A DNA stretch of 47,769 nt from Gemmatimonadota bacterium (lineage in GTDB: Bacteria > Gemmatimonadota > Gemmatimonadetes > Gemmatimonadales > GWC2-71-9). The notes under the pieces were generated by a model. The model searched no databases. It saw only the letters and a list, made by a program, of their open reading frames with translations, and had not been told where the DNA came from. Each line of letters opens with the position of its first letter. Positions within the stretch are counted from its first letter, which is position 1. The stretch is from NCBI GenBank assembly GCA_039591655.1, contig JBDHDE010000020.1:1-47769 (forward strand), written 5' to 3'. Shown in pieces: positions 19,850 through 29,216 of this stretch. The position numbers were made by a program, and so were the translations under genes.

Positions 19850-20646
19850 GTGAGCAGGTCGCTGCACTCCTTTTCGACCTAGACGGGACCCTCTACACCG
19901 AAGCGGGAGCGATCCCTGGCGCCGTCGACGCGATCGACAACCTCAGGCGCCGGGGTATCCCGCTTCGGTTCGTCACGAATACCACGAGGCGGCCTCGGCG
20001 CCAGCTCGTTGAGCGACTCCGGGGTTACGGCTTTGGGGTGGAGGACGACGAGGTGTTCGGGGCGGTGCTCGCCACCGCGGCACACCTCGCGCAGGAGGGA
20101 GTCGGGAGCGTTGCGCCCTTCGTCTCGCAGCCGGCGCTGGAGGACCTGGCCGGCTTCGACCTGGCCGGCGGGACGGCCGGTCCGCCGGCCGGGACTACAC
20201 CCGACGCCGTGCTCATCGGCGACCTGGGGAACGAGTGGACACCGCAGCTCCTCAACCAGGCCTTCCGCCACGTAATGGACGGCGCCCGGCTCATCGCCTT
20301 GCAGAAGGGGAAGTACTGGCTCGCCGCCGAGGGAATCGAGCTGGATGCCGGTCCGTGGGTGGCGGCCCTGGAGTACGCCACGGACAGGGAAGCCGTCGTC
20401 TGCGGCAAGCCCAACGCGGCGTTCTTCCACGGCGTGGTGTCGTCGCTGGGAGAGGTCGACCGTGACGCGCCCTGCGTCATGGTGGGGGATGACGTGTGGA
20501 ACGACGTCGGGGGGGCGCAACGGGCGGGACTCGAGGGCTGGCTCGTGCGCACCGGCAAGTTCCGGGAGGACGCGCTGCGGGAGAGCGGGGTGAGCCCGGA
20601 CCGGGTTATTGCCTCGGTGGCGACTCTCAGCGAGAATGAGGGATGA
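19849..20646 (+). CDS. HAD subfamily IIA hydrolase (LHPP/HDHD2-like)
   Basis: FDLDGTL, VTNTT, GKP, MVGDD..NDV, VRTGKFR; start codon unclear. Confidence 0.88.
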
Positions 20647-22220
20647 GCAAGTTGCGGCGGGCGGTATGGACTGTCGGTGCTCTCTTGGGTCTCCCCGGGC
20701 TCGCCCAGGGACAGAGCAACGCCCGCCGCACCGGCCCGGTCATCGACACCATCATCGTCGTCACCCACGACATCTATGCTCCCGAGGAAGCGAGCCGGAG
20801 CGCGATCTCCGGGATCATGAACGCCCTCCACGTGACTACGCGTCCCTCCGTCGTCCGCCACGAGCTGCTGTTCAGGGTGGGAGAGCCCTTTGACCCCCTG
20901 AAGGTTGCGGAGACCGCCCGTAACCTCAGGGCACGGGGCCTGTTCCGATCCGTGCAGATCGACTCGATGCGGGTCGAGGACAAGCTGGCCGTGCTGGTGC
21001 GCACCTCCGACGGGTGGACCACGACACTCTCGCTGAGCGCCAACTTCAGCGGTGGGGAGTTCGTCTGGGGCCTGGGGGGGCAGGAGCGAAACCTCCTGGG
21101 CACGGGGGCACGGGCCGGGCTGTTCTACCGCCAGGAAGTGGACCGCACGGCATTCACCATCACCGGCGGGATGGACCGCATATCCGGTACCCGGGCCGGC
21201 GTGAGCGGGTTCTGGGACGCGCTGAGCGACGGAAACTTCGCCGGGTGGAAGGCCGGAGCGCCGTTCCGCGCCATCTCGGACCCGTGGGGATTCGACACCG
21301 ATGGTGACGCCGGTCGGCAGCGCATTCTCCAGTTCCGCAACGGCGACTCGGTGGAGACTTACCTGCGGCGCACGTTCAGGCAGTTGGCATGGGGCGGATG
21401 GGCCACGGAAGCCGATGTTCGCGGTTACGTGCGCGTGGGATTCGCCGCGCAGATCAAGCGGGAGGAGTATACCCTGTGGGACGTCGATGAAACGATGGTG
21501 CCCGATACCGTCCAGGCCGCCATCGGCGCCTGGATAGACGTCCTGGACCCCCAATACACGGTCGTCACCCACTACAACGGCTTTGCGCGGGAAGTGGACG
21601 TCGACCTCAGCACCCAGGTCCTCGTGGGCGCCTGGCTGGCGCCCGATGGCTTGGGCTACCCGCGGACCGGGGTCGGTCCGGTCCTCATCGCACGGGCCGG
21701 CGCCTCCCTGGGCCCGACCTTCGGGTGGATCAATGTGGCTGCCAACGGTCTGTTCAGCTCCGCCGGCCTGGACTCGGGCACGGTGCTGGCCACCGGCACC
21801 GTGGTGGGGCAGTTCATTCGCAAGAACTCCACGGTGCTCCACGTGGAGTTCGGCGCACGCAAAGGGACGCCACCGGGCATGGAGTTCGATCTCGGCCTCA
21901 GGTTCGGGCCGCGCGCGTTTCAGGCCCACGCGTTTACCGGCGATCGAATGATATGGGGCACGCTGGAGCAGCGGGCGTTCCTCATCGACGAGATCTTCGG
22001 CTTCATGGGGCTCGGCTTCGCGGCCTTCCTGGACTACGGTGGCGCGTGGTACGCAGACCAGGACCCCCGGCTGGGAGGTGATGTGGGAGCCGGCCTCCGC
22101 TTCGGCTCCACCCGCGGAACTGGCGGCAGCGTGGCCCGCATCGACCTCGCCTACCGGTTCGGCGAGGGGTTCACCGGCAAGCGATGGGTCGTGAGCTTCG
22201 GGAGGGCGTTTCCGTTTTAA
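20643..22220 (+). CDS. Outer-membrane beta-barrel with POTRA-like N-terminus (BamA/TamA/ShlB-like)
   Basis: Signal peptide; TRPSVVRHELLF.VGEPFD..ETARNLR; ERNLLGTG; terminal Phe. Confidence 0.78.
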   Translation: MSKLRRAVWTVGALLGLPGLAQGQSNARRTGPVIDTIIVVTHDIYAPEEASRSAISGIMNALHVTTRPSVVRHELLFRVGEPFDPLKVAETARNLRARGLFRSVQIDSMRVEDKLAVLVRTSDGWTTTLSLSANFSGGEFVWGLGGQERNLLGTGARAGLFYRQEVDRTAFTITGGMDRISGTRAGVSGFWDALSDGNFAGWKAGAPFRAISDPWGFDTDGDAGRQRILQFRNGDSVETYLRRTFRQLAWGGWATEADVRGYVRVGFAAQIKREEYTLWDVDETMVPDTVQAAIGAWIDVLDPQYTVVTHYNGFAREVDVDLSTQVLVGAWLAPDGLGYPRTGVGPVLIARAGASLGPTFGWINVAANGLFSSAGLDSGTVLATGTVVGQFIRKNSTVLHVEFGARKGTPPGMEFDLGLRFGPRAFQAHAFTGDRMIWGTLEQRAFLIDEIFGFMGLGFAAFLDYGGAWYADQDPRLGGDVGAGLRFGSTRGTGGSVARIDLAYRFGEGFTGKRWVVSFGRAFPF

Positions 22221-22283
22221 CCCGGCTCGAACCGGTGCAGTAGTGCGCGCGCCTCGGTGATGCTCGGACCGCTCATGCGGTCG

Positions 22284-22973
22284 TCACAGAAGATCTGCCT
22301 GTTGGTCCAGCGGCGCGATGCACTCAGGCCCTTCGTGCTCCGGCTTGTTCACGTAGGTGCTCACTGGGTAGTAGCTCATCTCTTCCGGCGCGTAGGGCTT
22401 GAGCAAGTCCTGCAGCTCGCTTGGGTCGCGGCTCTCCGGGTCGAGCCAGCGGTCGTAATCCCGCGGCTTGAGGATGACCGGCATGCGGTCGTGGATCGGC
22501 CGCAGGAGCTCGTTGGGCGCGGTGGTGATGATGGTGAACGTCTCACGCTCGTCACCCGTGGCCCGGTCCCACCACCGCTCCCACAGCCCGGCGAAGGCGA
22601 AGACCCGGCCGGCCAGAACCCGGACGTAGTAGGGTTGCTTGCCGCGTTGCGTCTTGCGCCACTCGTAGAATCCCTCTGAGGGCACCAGGCAGCGGCGCTC
22701 CCGGAAGGCGTCCTGGAAGGCGGGCTTGTCGGCCACCGACTCGGCCCGGGCGTTGATCATGCGGTTGCCCATGGCGGGGTCCTTGGCCCACGAGGGGATG
22801 AGCCCCCAGCGCAGCGGCACCAGCTCCCGCCCCCGGGCAGGGGTCCCCCGCACGACTGCGGCGTCCTGGGTAGGCGCCACGTTGTAGCGCGGCGGGAGTG
22901 CGGGGATCGAGAGGAGCTTGAAGACCTCGCGGTCCAGCTCGGCGATCTGGGCTTGCGAGAAGCGGCCGCACAT
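22284..22973 (-). CDS. SOS response-associated peptidase (SRAP/YedK/HMCES)
   Basis: MCGRF N-terminus, RYNVAPTQ, RWGLIP, INARAES, GFYEW, HDRMPVIL. Confidence 0.93.
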   Translation of the reverse strand: MCGRFSQAQIAELDREVFKLLSIPALPPRYNVAPTQDAAVVRGTPARGRELVPLRWGLIPSWAKDPAMGNRMINARAESVADKPAFQDAFRERRCLVPSEGFYEWRKTQRGKQPYYVRVLAGRVFAFAGLWERWWDRATGDERETFTIITTAPNELLRPIHDRMPVILKPRDYDRWLDPESRDPSELQDLLKPYAPEEMSYYPVSTYVNKPEHEGPECIAPLDQQADLL

Positions 22974-23078
22974 GGCTTCACGTTGCACGGTGTGCGTCGC
23001 GGGACGCAAGTCGGAACCTTCCGGCGGCCAAGCCCACGCGACAGATTCGAACCCGTCCAGATCCTCCTGGAGGCATTC

Positions 23079-24050
23079 ATGCGTGCCCGATCGGTCTTTG
23101 CCGCTGTCGGAATCACACTGCTCCTGGGCCCGGAGCTCGCCGCGCAGGACACGGTGCGGTTCGAGCCTACCGTGCAGCAGCCGACTTTCGCGAAGCGGGA
23201 ACCAGTGCTCACCATCAGGCCGGGAACCGTGCTCATCTCCCGCACTCACTTCGACGCCTACTACACCGAGGAGGGTGGCGCCTTCCCGGGCGAGGTGGGC
23301 CCGATCTACGTCGAGGGAGCCACGACCAACGATGTGCTGGTGGTGCGCATCGCGAAGCTCGAGCTGAACCACGACGTGGCCGCCTCGCGCCTCTACTCGA
23401 CCTTTGGCGGGCTCGCCACCGATAACCGCGTGCGCCTGCTCAACGACCCCATCCCCGAGCGGCGCTACGTGTGGCGGCTCGACCGGGAGCGGATGACCGC
23501 GACGACGAGGCTGCACGACAGCGCGGTGGACGAGATCGAGATCGAGCTCGCGCCGATGCTAGGCCGGGTGGCCGTGGCTCCGCGGGGCGAGGAAGCCTTC
23601 GGCGGGCTGTGGCCTGGCGACTTCGGCGGCAACATGGATGCGCCGGAGATCCGGGAAGGCACGACCGTGTATCTGCCGATCTTCCACGACGGCGCCTACC
23701 TGTACTTCGGTGACGTGCACGCCAAGCAGGGACAGGGCGAGATATCGGGCACGGGCCTGGAGACCTCGGCGGACGTGGTGTTGGAGATCGATGTCATCAA
23801 GAACAAGACCATCGACTGGCCGCGGCTGGAGAACGACGAGTACATCATGGTGGCCGGCAGCGCGCGGCCCCTGATCGACGCCTTCCGGCTGGCGCACGTG
23901 GAGCTGGTGGAGTGGCTCGAGGAGTACGGCTTCAGCCGGTGGGACGCCTACCAGGTGCTGAGCCAGCTCGCCGTGAGCACCGTGGCGAACATCGTGGACC
24001 CCGCGTACACGGTTGTTGCGAAGTTTCCCAAACGGTACCTGCCGGAGTGA
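23079..24050 (+). CDS. Acetamidase/formamidase family protein with signal peptide
   Basis: GPIYVEGA, GGNMD, GDVHAKQGQGEI; signal peptide ending AAQ. Confidence 0.85.
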   Translation: MRARSVFAAVGITLLLGPELAAQDTVRFEPTVQQPTFAKREPVLTIRPGTVLISRTHFDAYYTEEGGAFPGEVGPIYVEGATTNDVLVVRIAKLELNHDVAASRLYSTFGGLATDNRVRLLNDPIPERRYVWRLDRERMTATTRLHDSAVDEIEIELAPMLGRVAVAPRGEEAFGGLWPGDFGGNMDAPEIREGTTVYLPIFHDGAYLYFGDVHAKQGQGEISGTGLETSADVVLEIDVIKNKTIDWPRLENDEYIMVAGSARPLIDAFRLAHVELVEWLEEYGFSRWDAYQVLSQLAVSTVANIVDPAYTVVAKFPKRYLPE

Positions 24051-24163
24051 GACCGGGAGAGGGAACGGGGAGTGAGGAAAGGAGCAGTGGCCCACTGGGG
24101 CGCCCAGGGGGCACGGGCCTGACAGACCTCTTGACAAATCCCGACTCAAGTGGTCGTATTAAT

Positions 24164-24295
24164 ACAATGAGGCCGCGCACGGGTGCGACGGTTCCTTCCG
24201 GCCGCCTGCACATGAGCTGCCATGCGTCCACTTGCGTGTGTCCGACTCCCCCGTCAGGGCGCAGGAACTCAGCCGTGCGTTAGGCCTCATCCTGT
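24164..24295 (+). ncRNA. Candidate structured non-coding RNA (long imperfect hairpin)
   Basis: Nested pairings ATGAGGCC/GGCCTCAT, GCGCACGG/CCGTGCGT, GTTCCT/AGGAAC; upstream TTGACA at 24131 and AT-rich stretch; downstream terminator. Confidence 0.35.
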
Positions 24296-24300
24296 AGGAC

Positions 24301-24347
24301 GCGAGCGACCGTGGCCCCAATATCCGGAGCCACGGTCGCTTTGCTTT
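24301..24347 (+). terminator. Intrinsic terminator-like hairpin
   Basis: 12-bp perfect stem AGCGACCGTGGC/GCCACGGTCGCT followed by TTGCTTT. Confidence 0.6.
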
Positions 24348-24415
24348 GTACGCATTGCAGTGACCCCAACGTCCTTGAGAAAGCATCTTCCCGGTGCGAG
24401 CTTTCACACGTAGCC

Positions 24416-24487
24416 GGCGCCGTAGCCAAGCGGTAAGGCGGAGGTCTGCAAAACCTCTATTCGGCGGTTCGAGTCCGCCCGGCGCCT
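24416..24487 (+). tRNA. tRNA-Cys(GCA)
   Basis: Acceptor stem GGCGCCG/CGGCGCC, D arm TAGCCAAGCGGTAAGGC, anticodon arm GAGGT-CTGCAAA-ACCTC, T loop GGTTCGAGTCC, U discriminator; CCA not encoded. Confidence 0.97.
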
Positions 24488-24492
24488 CTGAA

Positions 24493-24518
24493 AGAAGCCC
24501 CGCGAGAGCGGGGCTTCT
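24493..24518. terminator. Hairpin terminator between tRNA-Cys and a convergent gene
   Basis: AGAAGCCCCGC-GAGA-GCGGGGCTTCT perfect 11-bp stem. Confidence 0.75.
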
Positions 24519-24531
24519 CATCTCCAGTGCG

Positions 24532-24948
24532 CTACCTTGCCCCGAGCACTCTGGCTGCCCGGTTGTACTGATTCGGGTTCACCCAGAGGATCATCCCGTA
24601 CCGTCCCTTGCCGGCCGCAACCGCGTCTGCCGCAGTGATGTTGATCTTGGCGTCCGCGAGCTTGCGGATATGACGGTGTACCGCGCCCAACTGGTCGCCG
24701 CCCGTGACCAAGAATCCCTTCTTGGCCTTGCTCAAGTGCCAGCCGTTCTTCCGCGCAACCTTACGGAAGGCAATCATGTTCCGTGGAACGAAATCGAGCT
24801 GTGCCTTGCCCCCGCCGATCGGGAAGCCCGAGTACACCAGCAGGTCGACGCCGCTGTCCCGCAGCTGACCAAGGATTCTCTCTCCCTGTCCCGCACGGTT
24901 GGGAACTTTGATGTAACAGTACTTGATCTTCTTCACGCGATCGGCCAT
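24532..24948 (-). CDS. Tandem ACT-like domain protein
   Basis: GGAGGT RBS; VPNRAGQGERIL and GDQLGAVHRHIRKLADAKINI ACT-like repeats. Confidence 0.7.
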   Translation of the reverse strand: MADRVKKIKYCYIKVPNRAGQGERILGQLRDSGVDLLVYSGFPIGGGKAQLDFVPRNMIAFRKVARKNGWHLSKAKKGFLVTGGDQLGAVHRHIRKLADAKINITAADAVAAGKGRYGMILWVNPNQYNRAARVLGAR

Positions 24949-24988
24949 GCGTCACCTCCTGTGGGAGGATACAGTGTTCCGACCGGCC

Positions 24989-25063
24989 GTCGGGGGAGCG
25001 CACTTTGACGGCTTCCTTACGGTGGTGCTTTAGGTCCTCGGCGAGATGGACGGTGGCCATCCC
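24989..25063 (-). pseudogene. Remnant of a Ser/Thr kinase N-terminus
   Basis: GMATVHLAEDLKHHRKEAVKV closely matches the N-termini of both intact kinases in the window; no further kinase sequence. Confidence 0.7.
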
Positions 25064-25090
25064 AACGCGACCTGGCTTGACTTCTCGTCC

Positions 25091-25681
25091 CTAGAGCCAG
25101 CCGAACCGAACGAGCGTCCTATTCGCCCGCCAAGCGAACAGCGCGGCCAGCGCGATGAGTACGACGGTGAGGACGGGACTGAACCTCGCGTACACCTGCA
25201 ACCCCAGGACGATCGCCACGATCACCAGAAACAGACAGAAGGTGGCCAGCCGCTTGCGCAGGACTCTGTAAGGTTTGAGGCGAGCCGTGAGATCCTGGGG
25301 TACGGGCCCCTCTGGGCTTACCTCGGCGAGAATGGCCTCGATCCTCGGCTGCAGCCGCAGATGCACGAACGACAGCAGCGCCATCAGTGCGAACGTGAGC
25401 AGCGTTTTGACCAGCACCACCCAGTTGCCCCACAGCGCCGCGATTCTCAGCGGACTGATGAGTAGCAGCAGCACACCCGTGAGCAAGATGGTGACCTGGA
25501 ATACGAAGCATCGCGTCGCGCCCCGCCGGATGATGTTCTCCATGTAGCGGTCGGCGTAGTAGTTGAAGGATACCCCCAGTGCCACGCGCTCGTTGACCAC
25601 AATCAGGTTGAACAGCGGCACCGACATGAACACGAAGGCCATCACGTGCAGGAATCGCAGCGCTGGATAGATGGATTCCAC
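25091..25681 (-). CDS. Multi-pass membrane protein
   Basis: About 5 hydrophobic segments, LRFLHV N-terminus; GGAGG RBS. Confidence 0.7.
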   Translation of the reverse strand: MESIYPALRFLHVMAFVFMSVPLFNLIVVNERVALGVSFNYYADRYMENIIRRGATRCFVFQVTILLTGVLLLLISPLRIAALWGNWVVLVKTLLTFALMALLSFVHLRLQPRIEAILAEVSPEGPVPQDLTARLKPYRVLRKRLATFCLFLVIVAIVLGLQVYARFSPVLTVVLIALAALFAWRANRTLVRFGWL

Positions 25682-25810
25682 TGCATGCCTCCGTTCGTGC
25701 TGGTTGAGAGGAGGTCGGCGAGCGTCGGATGAGTCTAAGATGGGCCCGCTGGCAGGGCCTTGCTACGGAACTGGATCAGTCGGGATTTGCAAGGTCGTGG
25801 GAAGGTTTGG

Positions 25811-25912
25811 CTGCAAACAGATGCAAAGAAGTGCAAAGACCTACAAGGGTGGGGTGCGGAAAGCGTGTATCGCGACAAACAGATGCAAGGATCTGCAACT
25901 ATCTGCAAACGC
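25811..25912 (+). repeat. Two arrays of four 10-bp-phased (T)GCAA repeats
   Basis: ctgcaaacag atgcaaagaa gtgcaaagac ctacaagggt (25811-25850) and cgacaaacag atgcaaggat ctgcaactat ctgcaaacgc (25873-25912). Confidence 0.75.
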
Positions 25913-25935
25913 TCTGAGAGAACTGCGTTTCGCCG

Positions 25936-28605
25936 CTATCTCATCTCCAAGTCCATCACGTAGATGTCGCTCTCGATCTCCTTCACCGAAAAGTACACCT
26001 TGCCGTCGCCTAGCGAATACGGCCAATACGGCAACCGTGACACGTTCTTCGTCGGGTCGTCGAAGCGGATAACCTGCCGCGGGATCCCGCCTGCTGCCGG
26101 GATCGCGTATTGCCCCGCAGCGCCGGTGGAGTCCATGGCGTTGAAGTAGATCAAGCGGCCGTCGGCGGACCAGTCAGGTATGCCGGTCCAGCTGAGCCCC
26201 GTTGCTCCCCCGTCGAATAGGAGCCGCTCCTCGCCCTGGAGTGAGATGGTCCATACCTGTTGTGTGAGAACGGGGATGCACGCGATCCGACTCCCGTCCG
26301 GCGACCAGCGAGCATAGGGCTGGCAGGTTGCGTTACGGGTGAGCAACTCCGGTGCAGTCCACTCCCCACCCAGCGAGTCACGGCTCATCACGTATACGCC
26401 GTCGTGGGCGGCACTCTCTCTATAGAATGCGATCCGCAGCCCGTCGGGCGAGAATGACGGATGGTAGTCCTCTCCGGGGCCGTCAGTCAACCGCACTTCG
26501 CTTCTCCCATCCGCGGAAATGAGAAACACATCGCGGTAGCCGTGGCGGGTCGAGTAGAACACGATCTCGCTGCCGTCGGGTGAGAAGTCCGGGTGCATGT
26601 CGTCCCCCGGATCGCTGGTCACCTGCCGCGGCTCTCCCCCCTCGACCGGCATCACGTAGATATCCTGGTTGCCATCCAGGTTGGAGTCGAAAGCCAGCCA
26701 GCGCCCGTCTCTTGAGAGTCCATGGTTCTCCACGATCTGGTTGCCCTCGGTCACCGGCCTCGCATCCGAGAGCGACACGCTGCCGGTCTCGGGGATCGCG
26801 ATCTCCCAGATGTTCTGACGGATAGTGAAATGCGAGTAGGCCACCTTGGACCCGTCGGCCGACACAGAGATCGAGTGGGGACTCAGGCCCGTGGTCACCC
26901 GCACCGGCCGGCCCCAGTTCCGCCGGGACGCGTCCACCCGCACCGCGTAGATGTCCCGCGGGCCATCACGGTTGGAGATGAACAGGAGATGCCGTCCGTC
27001 CGGTATCCAGGCGGGGCTCACGTTCAGCTTCGCATCGTCGGTCACCTTCACGGGCTCGCCACCGTCCACGCCGACGAGCCACACGGAGCTGGCGGCGACG
27101 TTGCCAAGGCCTTCTACATTGATCCAGCTGCTGTTCCCCTGAACGTAGGCCAGCTTCGTGCCATCGGGGGACCATGCGGCGGAGTGTGTGTACCCGGGCT
27201 GGACCGACGCGATAAAGGTCTCCTCGCCCCCCTCGACGGATCGTACCACCAGGCTGTCGCCGCGGATGTAAACCACGCGGTCGCCGTGTGTCGCCCACAC
27301 GCGTTCTGGGGCGATCGCCCTGGCCGCCCCCCCAAAGCGGGGGATCCGGTGCGCGCCGGCTTCTAATCCCGCCCCCAACTCGAAGAACGCAATGCTCCGT
27401 CCGTCGGGTGTCCAGCGCGGATGTACTTGGCGCCCCGGGCGGTCGGCAGTGAGCGGGAGCGATCTGCCCCCACTGAGATCACGCACGAAGATGTGCATGT
27501 CGAGCCCGAGCCCGGCCGCGTAGGCAACCTCACGGCCGTCGGGAGAGATCGCCGGGTCCCATTCGACCTCGGGTGCGCGTGTGACCTGCCGGATGTTCGA
27601 GACCGTAAACTGGGGCGGTCCACCCCCGAGCCGGTCGCTCAGGAGCAGCAGGACACCTGCGGTGATGGTGGCCGCGCCCGCCAGAGCCACCGGCACCCCG
27701 ACTCTCCACCCCCTGGGCCAAGCCCGCCGGTGGGGGATTCTCCGCTCCCTCGTCGGCATTACCTGGATCTGGGCCGCAGCGCCGGCCGCCTCCACGAATG
27801 CGCCTGCGGTGTCGTAGCGATCCGCCGGCACCTTGGCCAGCGCCTGCTCGATCGCCCGCTCCAGCTCCTCCGGCACCGTCGGTCGCACCGTCCTGAGGCT
27901 CGGCACCGGATCCACCATCTGTCGCGCAATGATCGCCGGCGCCGTGGGACCGGTGAACGGCGGGTCACCTGCCAGCATCTCGTACATCACGCAGGCGAGC
28001 GAGTAGACGTCGCTGCGGCTGTCCAGGTCCTGATTGCCGCTGGCCTGCTCCGGGCTCATGTATGCAGGGGTCCCAAGCGAGAGGCCCGTCTCTGTGAGCC
28101 GCTCGCCACCTGCTACTCTCAAGGCCCGCGCGATCCCGAAGTCTGCCACCACCGCCTCGCCCTCCTGCAGCAGGATGTTCTCGGGCTTGATGTCGCGGTG
28201 GATGACGCCTTGGCGGTGGGCGTAGTCCAGCGCCGCCGCCACCTGGCGGGCGACCTCGATGGCTTCTTCAATGGAGAGTTGTGTCTGCCGCTCCAGCCGC
28301 TGGCGCAGGGACTCCCCCGCCACGTAGGGCATCACGTAGTAGAGCAGGCCGTCTACCTCGCCGGAGTCATGCAGCGCCAGAATGTGAGGGTGGTTCAGGC
28401 CCGCGGCGACGTGGATCTCCCGCAGGAAGCGCTCTCCACCCAGCACGGCCCCGAGTTCAGGCCGCAGCAGCTTGAGGGCCACCTGGCGGCGGTGCTTTAG
28501 ATCCTCGGCGAGATAGACCGTGGCCATCCCCCCGCTGCCGAGCTCCCGCTCGATGCGGTAGCGGTCGGCGAGGGCGGTCTTGAGACGGTCCAGGACGTCG
28601 GCCAT
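25936..28605 (-). CDS. Ser/Thr protein kinase with TM helix and TolB-like PD40 beta-propellers
   Basis: GSGGMATVY, HRDIKPEN, DFG, GTPAYMSPE; TM; many SPDG/WxPDG blades. Confidence 0.93.
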   Translation of the reverse strand: MADVLDRLKTALADRYRIERELGSGGMATVYLAEDLKHRRQVALKLLRPELGAVLGGERFLREIHVAAGLNHPHILALHDSGEVDGLLYYVMPYVAGESLRQRLERQTQLSIEEAIEVARQVAAALDYAHRQGVIHRDIKPENILLQEGEAVVADFGIARALRVAGGERLTETGLSLGTPAYMSPEQASGNQDLDSRSDVYSLACVMYEMLAGDPPFTGPTAPAIIARQMVDPVPSLRTVRPTVPEELERAIEQALAKVPADRYDTAGAFVEAAGAAAQIQVMPTRERRIPHRRAWPRGWRVGVPVALAGAATITAGVLLLLSDRLGGGPPQFTVSNIRQVTRAPEVEWDPAISPDGREVAYAAGLGLDMHIFVRDLSGGRSLPLTADRPGRQVHPRWTPDGRSIAFFELGAGLEAGAHRIPRFGGAARAIAPERVWATHGDRVVYIRGDSLVVRSVEGGEETFIASVQPGYTHSAAWSPDGTKLAYVQGNSSWINVEGLGNVAASSVWLVGVDGGEPVKVTDDAKLNVSPAWIPDGRHLLFISNRDGPRDIYAVRVDASRRNWGRPVRVTTGLSPHSISVSADGSKVAYSHFTIRQNIWEIAIPETGSVSLSDARPVTEGNQIVENHGLSRDGRWLAFDSNLDGNQDIYVMPVEGGEPRQVTSDPGDDMHPDFSPDGSEIVFYSTRHGYRDVFLISADGRSEVRLTDGPGEDYHPSFSPDGLRIAFYRESAAHDGVYVMSRDSLGGEWTAPELLTRNATCQPYARWSPDGSRIACIPVLTQQVWTISLQGEERLLFDGGATGLSWTGIPDWSADGRLIYFNAMDSTGAAGQYAIPAAGGIPRQVIRFDDPTKNVSRLPYWPYSLGDGKVYFSVKEIESDIYVMDLEMR

Positions 28606-28751
28606 GCAACGCCACTCCTGGCGGTGATGTGTCTAAGATGCGGCGTCTAGGGTCGGCGGGCCAGGGAACCGGCTCGGTAGCCTCGGTTGCCATCACTGCC
28701 GCGGGCACGTTACGATGTTGGAGTTCCTCAGGCGAAACAAGGAAGGATGAC

Positions 28752-29216
28752 GTGAGGTCTTATCACACGGTCACGCGTCGATCGCTCATGGTCGGCATCG
28801 TAGTAGCTCTAGCACCCCTTCACGCCGCTGCGCAGGTGTCGGGTGACCCCGTCGGCAACGCTCTCTCCTTCGCGGACCCGGAGCGCATGGCACAGCTCAC
28901 GGGTGAGCTGGAGCTGACACCGGATCAAGAGGTGCGCCTCGAGCAGCTCTCCAGGGCCTTCTCCCGAGAGCACGCTGCCGCGCTCGCCCAGGCTCAGGCG
29001 ATGGTGGACGAGCTGCGGCGGATTCAAGCCAGGGACGGTCAGATCGATGCCGATGCGCTAATCGCGCTGAGCCAGCAGTACGCGGAGCCGCTGGCGGAGT
29101 TACTGCCGGCGACTCAGGTGTTCCTGCAGCAGGTGAATGCCATCCTCACACCCGACCAACGCACCAAGTTCCAACAGATGCTGGGGCCGGCAGCCCTGCT
29201 CGGGGGTGGGGGCTAG
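28752..29216 (+). CDS. Spy/CpxP-like periplasmic helical protein
   Basis: Signal peptide AAAQ; LELTPDQ and ILTPDQ (LTxxQ) motifs. Confidence 0.7.
   Translation: MRSYHTVTRRSLMVGIVVALAPLHAAAQVSGDPVGNALSFADPERMAQLTGELELTPDQEVRLEQLSRAFSREHAAALAQAQAMVDELRRIQARDGQIDADALIALSQQYAEPLAELLPATQVFLQQVNAILTPDQRTKFQQMLGPAALLGGGG

Noticed and set aside
24164..24295. SRP (4.5S) RNA on the minus strand (CAGG..CCGGAAGGAA)
   Set aside because: The motif is not at the hairpin apex and lacks the following GCAGC
24460..24487. Duplicated tRNA 3' end (attR) defining a genomic island
   Set aside because: No second copy and no integrase seen by eye in the window
25811..25912. CRISPR array
   Set aside because: Units are 10 bp with no spacers, and there are no cas genes
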